Assembly: GCF_001306055.1 (NCBI RefSeq)
Contig: NZ_LGHJ01000009.1
Coordinates: 60,001-92,000, forward strand
Source: Bellilinea caldifistulae
Lineage (GTDB): Bacteria; Chloroflexota; Anaerolineae; Anaerolineales; Anaerolineaceae
Direction: 5' to 3'
DNA length: 32,000 nt
Shown: positions 18,048-25,433 of the stretch, one piece after another
How the letters are laid out: each line of letters opens with the position of its first letter
How positions within the stretch are numbered: position 1 is the first letter of the stretch
Translations under genes and position numbers: made by a program
The notes under the pieces: generated by a model
Databases searched by the model: none
What the model was told of the DNA's origin: nothing
The model's input: only the letters and a program-made list of their open reading frames with translations

Positions 18048-18862
18048 ACCCCATAGACGAGTATCTTGCAACCCTCACCAGTCCCCGCACGGCAGAGCGT
18101 TACCGGGCGGCACTGAGCGAATTTGCCGACTGGTACACCCAAACCACCGGCGCAAGCGTGGACTGGAACCTGCTCACCACCGTTGAGGTCAAGGACTACA
18201 CCGCCTACTTGCAAACCGTCCGCAGGCTCTCACCGGCGAGCGTCAATCTGCGGTTGGCAGCCCTCCGTTCGTTCCTGCGCCACCTGGGGCGCACCTTGAA
18301 GGTGAAAGGCCCCAAGCAGGTCACCCCGCCGGTCAAGGCTCTCTCTGACCGTGAGTTGGGCAGGCTGTTGGCTGCCGCCGAAGGCAGTACACGGGATACC
18401 GCCATCCTCAACCTGCTGGCACGGACAGGCTTGCGGGTGGGTGAGGTAGTCCACCTGCGGGTGGGTGATGTCGAAATGAACGGGCGATCAGGGTGGCTGA
18501 CGGTAAGAGGCGGCAAGGGCAACAAGACCCGCCATGTACCGCTGAACGGCGAGGTGCGTCAGGCGTTGAAAGCCTGGCTGGACGAACGCCCCCAGGGAGC
18601 AGGCGATGACCTGTTCCTCTCCCGCACGGGTAAGCCGCTATCGGAGCGGGATGTCCAGCGCATGGTGGCGGAGTATGCCCGAATCGCCGCTGTCGAAGCC
18701 ACTCCGCACACCTTGCGCCACACCTTTGCCACCCGTGCCATCGAGAAGGGTGTGGATGTGGCCACTCTTGCGGCGATTTTGGGACATTCCCGGTTGGAGA
18801 CGACCGGGCGCTATCTGCACCCGACCGCCGAGCGAATACAGGAGGCGGTGGAGGGAATATGA
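18032..18862 (+). CDS. Tyrosine recombinase/integrase, small XerC/XerD-like; the only intact copy in the window
   Basis: The catalytic signature is complete: 'ARTGLRVGEV' (Arg I), 'HTLRHTFAT' (His-x-x-Arg II) and 'LGHSRLETTGRYLH' (His and Tyr nucleophile). The only in-frame start is the GTG at 18032, which overlaps the last 16 nt of vapC. Both ATG codons used in copy A read ATA here. Confidence 0.85.
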   Translation: MGGRINPIDEYLATLTSPRTAERYRAALSEFADWYTQTTGASVDWNLLTTVEVKDYTAYLQTVRRLSPASVNLRLAALRSFLRHLGRTLKVKGPKQVTPPVKALSDRELGRLLAAAEGSTRDTAILNLLARTGLRVGEVVHLRVGDVEMNGRSGWLTVRGGKGNKTRHVPLNGEVRQALKAWLDERPQGAGDDLFLSRTGKPLSERDVQRMVAEYARIAAVEATPHTLRHTFATRAIEKGVDVATLAAILGHSRLETTGRYLHPTAERIQEAVEGI

Positions 18863-18872
18863 ATTTTTCGGT

Positions 18873-19184
18873 TCAAACGGCAGTAGGGGCGCTGCGGCGT
18901 GGCCTGACCTCTCGCTCCAGACGTTCTCCCAAATGATCCAAAGCCACGTCCAGGTCGTATTCGGCTTGCAGCCCCATCCAGAATTGGGGTGAGACACCAA
19001 AGTAACGCCCCAGCCGCAGAGCGGTATCGGCAGTGATGCTGCGTTCTCCCAGCACGATTTCATTGATGCGGCGCGGGTCCACACCGATCTCAATGGCCAA
19101 ACGGTGCTGGCTCAAATTCATTGGCTTGAGGAACTCTTCCAGAAGAACCTCGCCGGGATGAATGGGGGGTAATTTTTCGGTCAT
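18873..19184 (-). CDS. higA: HigA-family antitoxin (XRE-type HTH)
   Basis: 'IHPGEVLLEEFLKPMNLSQHRLAIEIGVDPRRINEIVLGERSITADTALRLGRYFGVSPQFWMGLQAEYDL' is the canonical HigA sequence pattern. The gene lies downstream of higB. Confidence 0.9.
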   Translation of the reverse strand: MTEKLPPIHPGEVLLEEFLKPMNLSQHRLAIEIGVDPRRINEIVLGERSITADTALRLGRYFGVSPQFWMGLQAEYDLDVALDHLGERLEREVRPRRSAPTAV

Positions 19185-19195
19185 GGTCGTCCTCT

Positions 19196-19480
19196 CTATC
19201 GGTGATAATCCACGATTTCAACCTGATAAGCGTGATCTTCCTGCCAGACAAAACAAATGCGCCACTGATCGTTGATGCGAATGCTCCATTGCCCATCGCG
19301 ATCACCACTGAGTTTTTCCAGACGGTTGCCGGGAGGCACGCGCAAATCATTCAAAGAAGTGGCATTGTTCAGCATACGCAATTTTCGCAGCGCAACTTGT
19401 TGGATCTCCGCAGGCAGCTTACGGGAAGGCTCGCGGTGATAAACCTTGCGCGTTTCTTCGTCGTTGAAGCTCTTGATCAC
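19196..19480 (-). CDS. higB: HigB toxin (RelE/ParE superfamily, 'plasmid maintenance system killer')
   Basis: 'MIKSFNDEETRKVY...LRMLNNATSLNDLRVPPGNRLEKLSGDRDGQWSIRINDQWRICFVW' is the canonical HigB pattern. The start is GTG, and the toxin-first order is typical of higBA. Confidence 0.9.
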   Translation of the reverse strand: MIKSFNDEETRKVYHREPSRKLPAEIQQVALRKLRMLNNATSLNDLRVPPGNRLEKLSGDRDGQWSIRINDQWRICFVWQEDHAYQVEIVDYHR

Positions 19481-19486
19481 GATCTT

Positions 19487-19515
19487 ATTGTATAGCGTAT
19501 CTCACATGGCGTCAA
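19487..19515 (-). promoter_or_regulatory. Sigma-70-like higBA promoter; the mRNA may be leaderless
   Basis: On the minus strand the sequence reads TTGACG-17 nt-TACAAT. The -10 ends only 6 nt before the GTG start, and no SD is visible. Confidence 0.4.
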
Positions 19516-19568
19516 GCGCCAAACAAGATTACAATTTGGCAAAGTCGCATGCGCTTTGCATTGAAGTT

Positions 19569-19783
19569 TGCTAGAATACGGTCAGGAGCGGCTTACAAAG
19601 CCCGTTGGACGAATGCGAAAGCATTTGCCAACGGGTTCTTGGTTATCGGCTGGCGGATAAGCCGCCTTCTGGGTGCAAATCCCGCAGGACTGACCTGCCC
19701 GAAGGGGCGCAGTACCTTCAAAAACAAATCTTTGCCAAACCGCCCTCGCAGTCCCGCCGGTGCAACTCCGGCAGGGCGGTTTT
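19569..19783 (+). promoter_or_regulatory. Structured GC-rich leader or small RNA of unknown class, with an extended -10 promoter and a terminator-like 3' hairpin
   Basis: An extended -10 TGCTAGAAT lies at 19569-19577. A 15-bp hairpin with one bulge and a GAAA tetraloop spans 19601-19635. Smaller hairpins are GGCGG/CCGCC (19652-19666) and GCAGG/CCTGC (19684-19698). A long stem CCGCCCT...GCCGG-TGCAACT-CCGGCAGGGCGG (19740-19779) is followed by TTTT. I could not match any known riboswitch consensus. Confidence 0.3.
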
Positions 19784-20057
19784 GGCAGGGCAGTATGAAC
19801 AGGCGTCCCTCTATCCTGAGGGATGTGTACGGGAAGCGGAACTGGCCGATCCGGGTCAGACGGTCATCCACTTTGGCAAGATGAAAGACAAAAAGATTGC
19901 TGAGGTCTGGAAGACCGGCCCTGCCGGTCAGGGATGGGTGCGCTGGGCTGCAAGCACGGATGGCAAGGGCTATGACCCACAAGGCAAGCCCGAAGGCATC
20001 CACTTGCAGCGCATGGCGCGGGCATTCCTCAGCCTGCAATCCGCCTATGCGGGCTAA
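19782..20057 (+). CDS. Small hypothetical protein (~91 aa) with a weak DUF3820-like 'FGK-K-K...W' motif
   Basis: The in-frame TTG at 19782 follows the leader hairpin directly. The C-terminal part reads 'VIHFGKMKDKKIAEVWKTGPAGQGWVRWAASTDGKGYDPQGKPEGIHLQRMARAFL'. A clean intrinsic terminator follows the stop. The start codon and family assignment are uncertain, and the track ORF start at 19605 is not credible. Confidence 0.4.
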   Translation: MAGQYEQASLYPEGCVREAELADPGQTVIHFGKMKDKKIAEVWKTGPAGQGWVRWAASTDGKGYDPQGKPEGIHLQRMARAFLSLQSAYAG

Positions 20058-20071
20058 CCCCTGCGGGAACA

Positions 20072-20104
20072 GAGCCGGACTACCCAGTCCGGCTCGTTCT
20101 TTAT
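20072..20104 (+). terminator. Rho-independent terminator
   Basis: 9-bp stem GAGCCGGAC / GTCCGGCTC with a 6-nt loop, followed by GTTCTTTAT. It starts 15 nt after the stop of the small ORF. Confidence 0.6.
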
Positions 20105-20124
20105 CCTGCGTAGCGCGTTGGGAC

Positions 20125-20307
20125 GGCAAAGCTCTGCCCAGAGCGACCGCAGCAAACGTAGAGATGCTTTTCACGTCCCGCTGCGGTGGGGCGTTGACCG
20201 TTTCCGCGATGCACCGGCGGCTGGCCACGCCGGGGGATCAGGTAGGGTTGTCCGGTCTCTCAGCCCACGTCCTGCGGCACACTATTGCCAAGAATCTGAT
20301 GGACGCG
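20125..20307 (+). pseudogene. Tyrosine-recombinase C-terminal fragment (box II region only)
   Basis: The frame of track ORF 19897..20469 reads 'MLFTSRCGGALTVSAMHRRLATPGDQVGLSGLSAHVLRHTIAKNLMDA', i.e. the 'lF.s..G..ls...v......aGl....H.LRHT.A' pattern. There is no N-terminal domain, and the terminal His/Tyr motif is missing. Confidence 0.55.
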
Positions 20308-20449
20308 GTCGTTGGTGATGATTTGCTCGTCCAGCCGGTCAGCGCGTGCAGGGAGTTGCTCGCTGAACAGGCGCAGGCTGCCGTAGGTGGCAAGGAAGGA
20401 CAGCCACAATGGGCGGAAGCGGTCATCAAGGGCGGAAGGTGGGCTATTT

Positions 20450-22318
20450 TTACTCATTACGTCGGGTAGATTTGCCCTGGCTGTCGCAAGTCCAGAATTC
20501 TAATTGCTCCACAGATGCACCTTGTAATATTTTTGCAAAGTCGCCTTGCAAGTTGCCTTGCTTTGAATCTAAAACATACAGTTTCGATTTAGCCCGCGAA
20601 AGGGCAACATAAGCCAGGCGCTTGTGCAGGTCAGGCGCAGATTGACTTTTTCGAATACTATCCAAGTCAATCACAATCGCGGTATCAAACTCTAGTCCTT
20701 TGCTGCTGTAAAAGGTAGTCAGCAAAATTTGGGATTTTTGTTTGCCGAACGAGTGTAGAGCCTTGTTTTGTAATCGTTCCTTTGTAGAAACCGCTGCCAT
20801 CAATTTTTCAAATTCTTCAACGTCATCAGGGCGAAGTCTTCTGTATTCCTCTAACCTAGAACTTGTCAATACTGCCTGACAGAGTTGTTCTAACCAATCT
20901 TTGAGCAGCATTTCGCCGTTTCGAAGTGTCCAGAGTGCATGAAACAGTTCCCGTTCTATTTCAAGCCGTTTCGCGTTATCGCTTTCTCCCTCTAATTGAC
21001 AAAAGCTATTCCAAAACGGCAGTAAGTCGTAGAAATAGACTTCATCACCCGAACACCATTGTGCCACTTTTTCGAGCCATTCGATTAACTCGGTATTCGA
21101 GCCATAATCAGGATCTTTGTCAGGTCTCAAATCCATACCAAGACGCTCTAATTCTGGCAACAAATCCTCAATACTTTTTACTTTTTGTGATTTTCTTCTT
21201 TGTGACATCAGTACTGCTATATGCTTATCATTTCCCTGCTCCATTAAGATTTGGGAGACTGATTGGGGGTATGGACAGTCTTTGATTTGAATGTAATGAA
21301 TTTCGGCAAGGTGCTTTTGATTAGATTGATATGGGGTTGGGCTATCCAATACCAGATTGCTGAACTCAATCAAATTCTGCGAAGAACGATAATTTTTCTG
21401 CAAGGTAATTGGATGATTTTGACAAAGTCGTTCTACTGTATCAGATAATTCGTGGATAGTTTCCGGTTTGCTACCCTGCAAGTCTTCGTAAATACATTGA
21501 TTGGGGTCGCCAATCGCAAAGACGGATATAAGTTGTTGCTCTACAAGGTGCATGACCATCTGGTGAAACAACGGGCTGAGGTCCTGGAATTCATCCACGA
21601 ACCACCAGGGGTAGCGCGCCGTAAGCGTTCTTGCCAGTGCAGGCTTCGTTTTGAGGATGTGTAAAGCAAGCATTTCGATTTGAACGAAATCCATGCCATG
21701 GACTTGTCGCTCAAGGTAAGCATGATAATCGCCCGCTAATTGCGACCAGTCTAAACCCTGTAAAGCTCTTTGGCTGTAGTCACTTACTTTTGCGAGAGAG
21801 TTGCTGGAAAAATCCTTCTTCTCTGGTTGAAAACACCTGCGTCGGAACTTGTCCAAATCGCTCTCTATGTCTCTTATTGCCCCGTCTTTTTTGGGAAGTG
21901 ATTTCCCCTGTTTTTGTAATGCCTGGGATAAGGCATCTTTTCTTTCTTTTTCGGAAGCAATCCGAAACGGTTCTGGAATGCTCCCCGGTGGTAGCAAGTT
22001 AACTGCTGGCAGAATGATTTCTGCAATGCAAAAAGCGTGAATCGTGCCAACATACATGCGCTCAGAGTCATACACGCCCAACTCGCGCAACTCTTTGACC
22101 AACTTTTCGGCCAACTGCCGCGAAAACGTAATACAGGCAATTTTCTGCGGATAGCGCACTTTCTCTTCCAAAAGCGCCTTCGCCATTTTCATCGTTAGCA
22201 AATACGTCTTGCCTGACCCCGGTCCTGCAATGACAACTTGGCTGCCTTCCGAATAGAAAGCGGCGCGCTGGTTGTTGTCTTGCTCTATTTTGCCAAGTCG
22301 TTTCAGGTATTCAGACAT
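20450..22318 (-). CDS. gajB: SF1 UvrD/Rep/PcrA-like helicase, GajB-like partner of the OLD nuclease
   Basis: 622 aa. Motifs seen are Q-motif 'QRAAFYSEG', motif I 'AGPGSGKTYLL', motif II 'WWFVDEFQDLSP', motif III 'GDPNQCIY', motif IV 'NYRSSQNLIEFSN', motif V 'YSSKGLEFDTAIV' and motif VI 'LAYVALSRAKSKLYV'. The start lies 3 nt after the upstream gene's stop. Confidence 0.8.
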   Translation of the reverse strand: MSEYLKRLGKIEQDNNQRAAFYSEGSQVVIAGPGSGKTYLLTMKMAKALLEEKVRYPQKIACITFSRQLAEKLVKELRELGVYDSERMYVGTIHAFCIAEIILPAVNLLPPGSIPEPFRIASEKERKDALSQALQKQGKSLPKKDGAIRDIESDLDKFRRRCFQPEKKDFSSNSLAKVSDYSQRALQGLDWSQLAGDYHAYLERQVHGMDFVQIEMLALHILKTKPALARTLTARYPWWFVDEFQDLSPLFHQMVMHLVEQQLISVFAIGDPNQCIYEDLQGSKPETIHELSDTVERLCQNHPITLQKNYRSSQNLIEFSNLVLDSPTPYQSNQKHLAEIHYIQIKDCPYPQSVSQILMEQGNDKHIAVLMSQRRKSQKVKSIEDLLPELERLGMDLRPDKDPDYGSNTELIEWLEKVAQWCSGDEVYFYDLLPFWNSFCQLEGESDNAKRLEIERELFHALWTLRNGEMLLKDWLEQLCQAVLTSSRLEEYRRLRPDDVEEFEKLMAAVSTKERLQNKALHSFGKQKSQILLTTFYSSKGLEFDTAIVIDLDSIRKSQSAPDLHKRLAYVALSRAKSKLYVLDSKQGNLQGDFAKILQGASVEQLEFWTCDSQGKSTRRNE

Positions 22319-22321
22319 AGG

Positions 22322-24175
22322 TTAGAAGGAAATCTCGTCTTTAGGGTTTTGGGGCCTTTCTACCGATTCCGGCGGTAATTGCAGGTCGGTGGAAGGTTGG
22401 GGCATTTTCGCCAAAAGGTATTTGATGGCTTTCTCGATGTAAGGAGGCACGCGGTCAGCATCTACTTTTTCTGCCAGGCGTTGGGCAAAACGCCCTTTGC
22501 CCATGCCGGTTGTCTGAATACGATCAATAATCGCTTTAAAATCATTATTGGCAATTTCTTCTTCCAAGTTTTTCACTTGCCTGTCGCTGGCGCCGAGTTC
22601 TTGGTAAACCTCGCACAATTCATCTCCATACCCTGCCTGTATCAATTCCCCCTCAAGCGTGCGCTGATTAACGAAAATACCAACTTCTTCCAAACCGGTT
22701 TTAACAGCACCCCATTCTTTTTTGTTAAAACGAACTTCTATTTCTGCGTGCTTTGGCGCGTTTATTTTTTGCACCAATTCCAGTCCACGTTTTAGCCCAG
22801 GGTTTTGAGTGTCAGGATCTCCATCGGTCAAAACTGCAAATGGAATATCTAACCCTGATAGAAACTCAACATAAGGTCGGAAATCCGTGCCATACACATT
22901 GCACACGCTGATTCCTGCCCCGTCCAGGGTGTGAGATATTTTTCCAGCCTCTTTCATTTTCCTTGCAAACGCAGGGATTAAGAACATCTCGGCGTCGCCC
23001 TCAACCAGTAAGACGCCGCGCGCAAAGACCATTTCTCCGCGTGTAGCATCCAGATAGCGGCTGATATCCTGGCGCATCTTTTCATCTTTTTGAGCGAAAT
23101 TCGCCGTTGAGCGAGCTGCTGTGCCATTAGAAGTGCGTTTCAACACAACAAAATGACGCGGGTCGGCGATACTGACGATGGTCGGAGAATGGGTTGAGGT
23201 GAGCAAAAGATGCTCTTGCTTGAATACGTTTTCAAAAACCAGCCGTTGAAAATGCGGGTGCAGGTGAGATTCAGGCTCTTCGATAGCGAGCAAGACGTAT
23301 TCGGGCTTTTGGTCACCTTTGACAGGCATAGTGCGCAGACGTTTGGCATAAATCAGCCAGGTTATCAGGTATAGAATATTTGAGATGCCCAGACTGCTGC
23401 GCTCAAGCGGTAAATCCGACTCTGCAAAAATGTTGAGCAGTCGCAATAAATCTTCGGGATTCGAACCGGCAATGTTGATGGTTGGTTGAATAGATTGCCC
23501 TTCGACCAGAGTCCCTAGAAAATCGCTAATGTCTTTTTGTAAATCTTGAATGTATGGGATTTGCCCCAGTTTTTTGGATGCGTTTTGAACGCTCTGGGCG
23601 ACCAATTTGAAGTTCGCGTCATTGGTCAGGGAAATCATTTCAACCAAACGGCGCAGCGGCGAAGTACGCCAGCTTTGCATATCGCGTTCCATGTCACGCA
23701 CTGCCGGTATCACGACCAGGCGCACATATTGGCGAAGCCGTTTTGCTCCCTCTGTATTGTTCTCGTTACCACCACAGTATCGAATAAATTCGTAATCATC
23801 TTCGGTTATTGCATTTTGGGGATTCGTATCCTTCTTGGGGCGGTAAATGGCAGATATTTGATACGTACCGTTGTCTTTTCCATGACAATCATGGAAAGAC
23901 GGCAGTAAATCCTGTTCATTTTCCCAGTCGAGCCCTGAAAACCAGGCATGAATTTCGATTGTTCGTCCCCCAAATGGCTTTTTGCCGCTGCCCCGTGAGA
24001 AATCACTTTCTCCCAACGATGGGCGATAGTTCGAGTCCAGCAGGATTCGCAAGGCTTCAATGAAGTTGCTCTTACCGGCACCGTTTTCGCCTAACAGCAC
24101 AATTTTTTCGCCGAATTCAACGGTAACATCTTCCAGATTGCGGAAGTTTTTGATGCAAACTTTTGATAAGTACAT
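22322..24175 (-). CDS. gajA: OLD-family ATP-dependent nuclease (ABC/AAA_15 ATPase plus TOPRIM), GajA-like
   Basis: 617 aa. The N-terminus 'MYLSKVCIKNFRNLEDV...LLGENGAGKSNFIEAL' carries the Walker A motif. 'LLAIEEPESHLHPHFQ' gives the Walker B/H-loop. The TOPRIM domain shows 'VLLVEGDAEMFLIP' (Glu) and 'FAVLTDGDPD' (DxD). A GAGG RBS lies 6 nt upstream. Confidence 0.8.
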   Translation of the reverse strand: MYLSKVCIKNFRNLEDVTVEFGEKIVLLGENGAGKSNFIEALRILLDSNYRPSLGESDFSRGSGKKPFGGRTIEIHAWFSGLDWENEQDLLPSFHDCHGKDNGTYQISAIYRPKKDTNPQNAITEDDYEFIRYCGGNENNTEGAKRLRQYVRLVVIPAVRDMERDMQSWRTSPLRRLVEMISLTNDANFKLVAQSVQNASKKLGQIPYIQDLQKDISDFLGTLVEGQSIQPTINIAGSNPEDLLRLLNIFAESDLPLERSSLGISNILYLITWLIYAKRLRTMPVKGDQKPEYVLLAIEEPESHLHPHFQRLVFENVFKQEHLLLTSTHSPTIVSIADPRHFVVLKRTSNGTAARSTANFAQKDEKMRQDISRYLDATRGEMVFARGVLLVEGDAEMFLIPAFARKMKEAGKISHTLDGAGISVCNVYGTDFRPYVEFLSGLDIPFAVLTDGDPDTQNPGLKRGLELVQKINAPKHAEIEVRFNKKEWGAVKTGLEEVGIFVNQRTLEGELIQAGYGDELCEVYQELGASDRQVKNLEEEIANNDFKAIIDRIQTTGMGKGRFAQRLAEKVDADRVPPYIEKAIKYLLAKMPQPSTDLQLPPESVERPQNPKDEISF

Positions 24176-24192
24176 TTTTGACCTCGCGTGTC

Positions 24193-25431
24193 CTACAACT
24201 CCCCCCGGAACGCCGCCGCTAAGATGGACTGCTCCAACTGCTCGATGGCGTGCAGGTCAGCTTCGATCAACTTCTGCGCTTCCTGCACCTCTTGCTGGAT
24301 GCTCTCCAGATAAGCGACGATGCGCCGCTGCTCAGCCAGTGAACGGTCATGATCATGTAGGTAAGGTAAAGGGACAAACAAGTTTTTTATTACTACCTGG
24401 CTGATGTTGGGTTGTGCTCCCCCAAAACTTTGCACAATTATCAAGTTGCGGGCAAATCGTAAATACCAAAATAAAAATTTGTTTAGTATATGTTCTGGTG
24501 TAAAAATAGCACAAATAGCCTGATTAGTTGCGGCTTTGATACCCAAAATACCTAGTTTTCCAACGGTTGCGCCATACATAGCCATCAAAAGAGTGCCTTC
24601 AGGGAAGATTTTAGCGTTAGAATTTTCTAATCCCTGCTCTGTTATCGTTTCTTCACTTGACGTAATTATGCCGTCATTCAATTCGCCAGATTTCACCCAG
24701 GGTATCGAGCCACCAAAATAATCAGAGGTACTTCTTCTGGGAGTTCCGCCACTTGTTGTTTTACATTCATCCCCTAATCTTTTCCACTGCCACCCCTCCG
24801 GCATTGGCTGTTCCTGAGAGGGGAACACCTCCGCCAGGGCTGATTCCATCAGGCGGTTGATGTCTTGCTGCATGGTCTCGACCTGCTGGCGCATGGCTTT
24901 GACTTCCCCCAGCAGGGCTTCCAGCCGCGCCACTATGCGCCGCTGCTCTTCCGGTGGGGGTAATGGTAATGTAATTTTTTTTATCGTTTTTTGATTGATC
25001 GTTTTACCTTTTACCGCCTGTGAAGCTTCTGTTTCGAGCGGAACAACCTGTAGTACCCAAAAAAGATATTCTGGAATAACATTGTTACGATATTCCTCCT
25101 TGATTTCAAGAGATGCAATAGCCTCGTTTGTAAACAAGTCTTTTCCTGCAAAGGCTAATTTCCCGATGGTAAGTTTAAAACTCATGAGTAATGTTCCTTT
25201 TCTTACTAAACGTACTTTACCATCGGCTATAGCTTTATCAGTCACAGTTCGTTGAGACTCTGTTACAACTCGAGAATTCATATCTGATATTGAAATCCAA
25301 GTGTGAGTCCCCCCCCAATACTCTGACCTTTTAGTAGGGGGAGTACTGCCAATTTGAATGTTACAAATAGATCCTAATGAAGTTATCTCCCATTCGGAAT
25401 TCCATTTTTCTCGCGGTAAACGCTGTTCCAT
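24193..25431 (-). CDS. hsdS: Type I R-M specificity subunit HsdS (two TRDs plus two conserved helical regions)
   Basis: The start is reassigned to the ATG at 25431 (MEQRLPREKWNSEWEI...), 2 nt after the hsdM stop. The two conserved regions are 'EEQRRIVARLEALLGEVKAMRQQVE' and 'AEQRRIVAYLESIQQEVQEAQKLIE'. The C-terminal 'ILAAAFRGEL' is typical of HsdS. Confidence 0.88.
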   Translation of the reverse strand: MEQRLPREKWNSEWEITSLGSICNIQIGSTPPTKRSEYWGGTHTWISISDMNSRVVTESQRTVTDKAIADGKVRLVRKGTLLMSFKLTIGKLAFAGKDLFTNEAIASLEIKEEYRNNVIPEYLFWVLQVVPLETEASQAVKGKTINQKTIKKITLPLPPPEEQRRIVARLEALLGEVKAMRQQVETMQQDINRLMESALAEVFPSQEQPMPEGWQWKRLGDECKTTSGGTPRRSTSDYFGGSIPWVKSGELNDGIITSSEETITEQGLENSNAKIFPEGTLLMAMYGATVGKLGILGIKAATNQAICAIFTPEHILNKFLFWYLRFARNLIIVQSFGGAQPNISQVVIKNLFVPLPYLHDHDRSLAEQRRIVAYLESIQQEVQEAQKLIEADLHAIEQLEQSILAAAFRGEL

Positions 25432-25433
25432 CA

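Noticed and set aside
19671-19715. Possible cobalamin or glycine riboswitch, because of 'GGTGCAAATCCCGCAGGAC' and 'CCCGAAGGGGCGC'
   Set aside because: These are only short resemblances. The upstream 'AGGGAA' and the B12-box of cobalamin riboswitches are absent, and so is the 'CTCTGGAGAG' core of glycine riboswitches. The class is left open pending an Rfam scan.
20260-20457. 65-aa ORF as a genuine third Gabija gene
   Set aside because: It lies wholly in GC-rich DNA of different composition from gajAB. It partly overlaps an integrase fragment in antisense, and it has no recognisable motif. It is listed as a low-interest finding rather than as a feature.
19593-20469. Long overlapping GC-rich ORFs (19593..20228 minus, 19897..20469 plus, 19549..19884 plus, 19605..20057 plus at full length)
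   Set aside because: They are Arg/Ala/Pro-rich, mutually overlapping and have no recognisable domains, which is typical of open frames in GC-rich non-coding or decayed DNA. I kept only the 3' part of 19605..20057 (from the TTG at 19782) and the integrase-like segment of 19897..20469.
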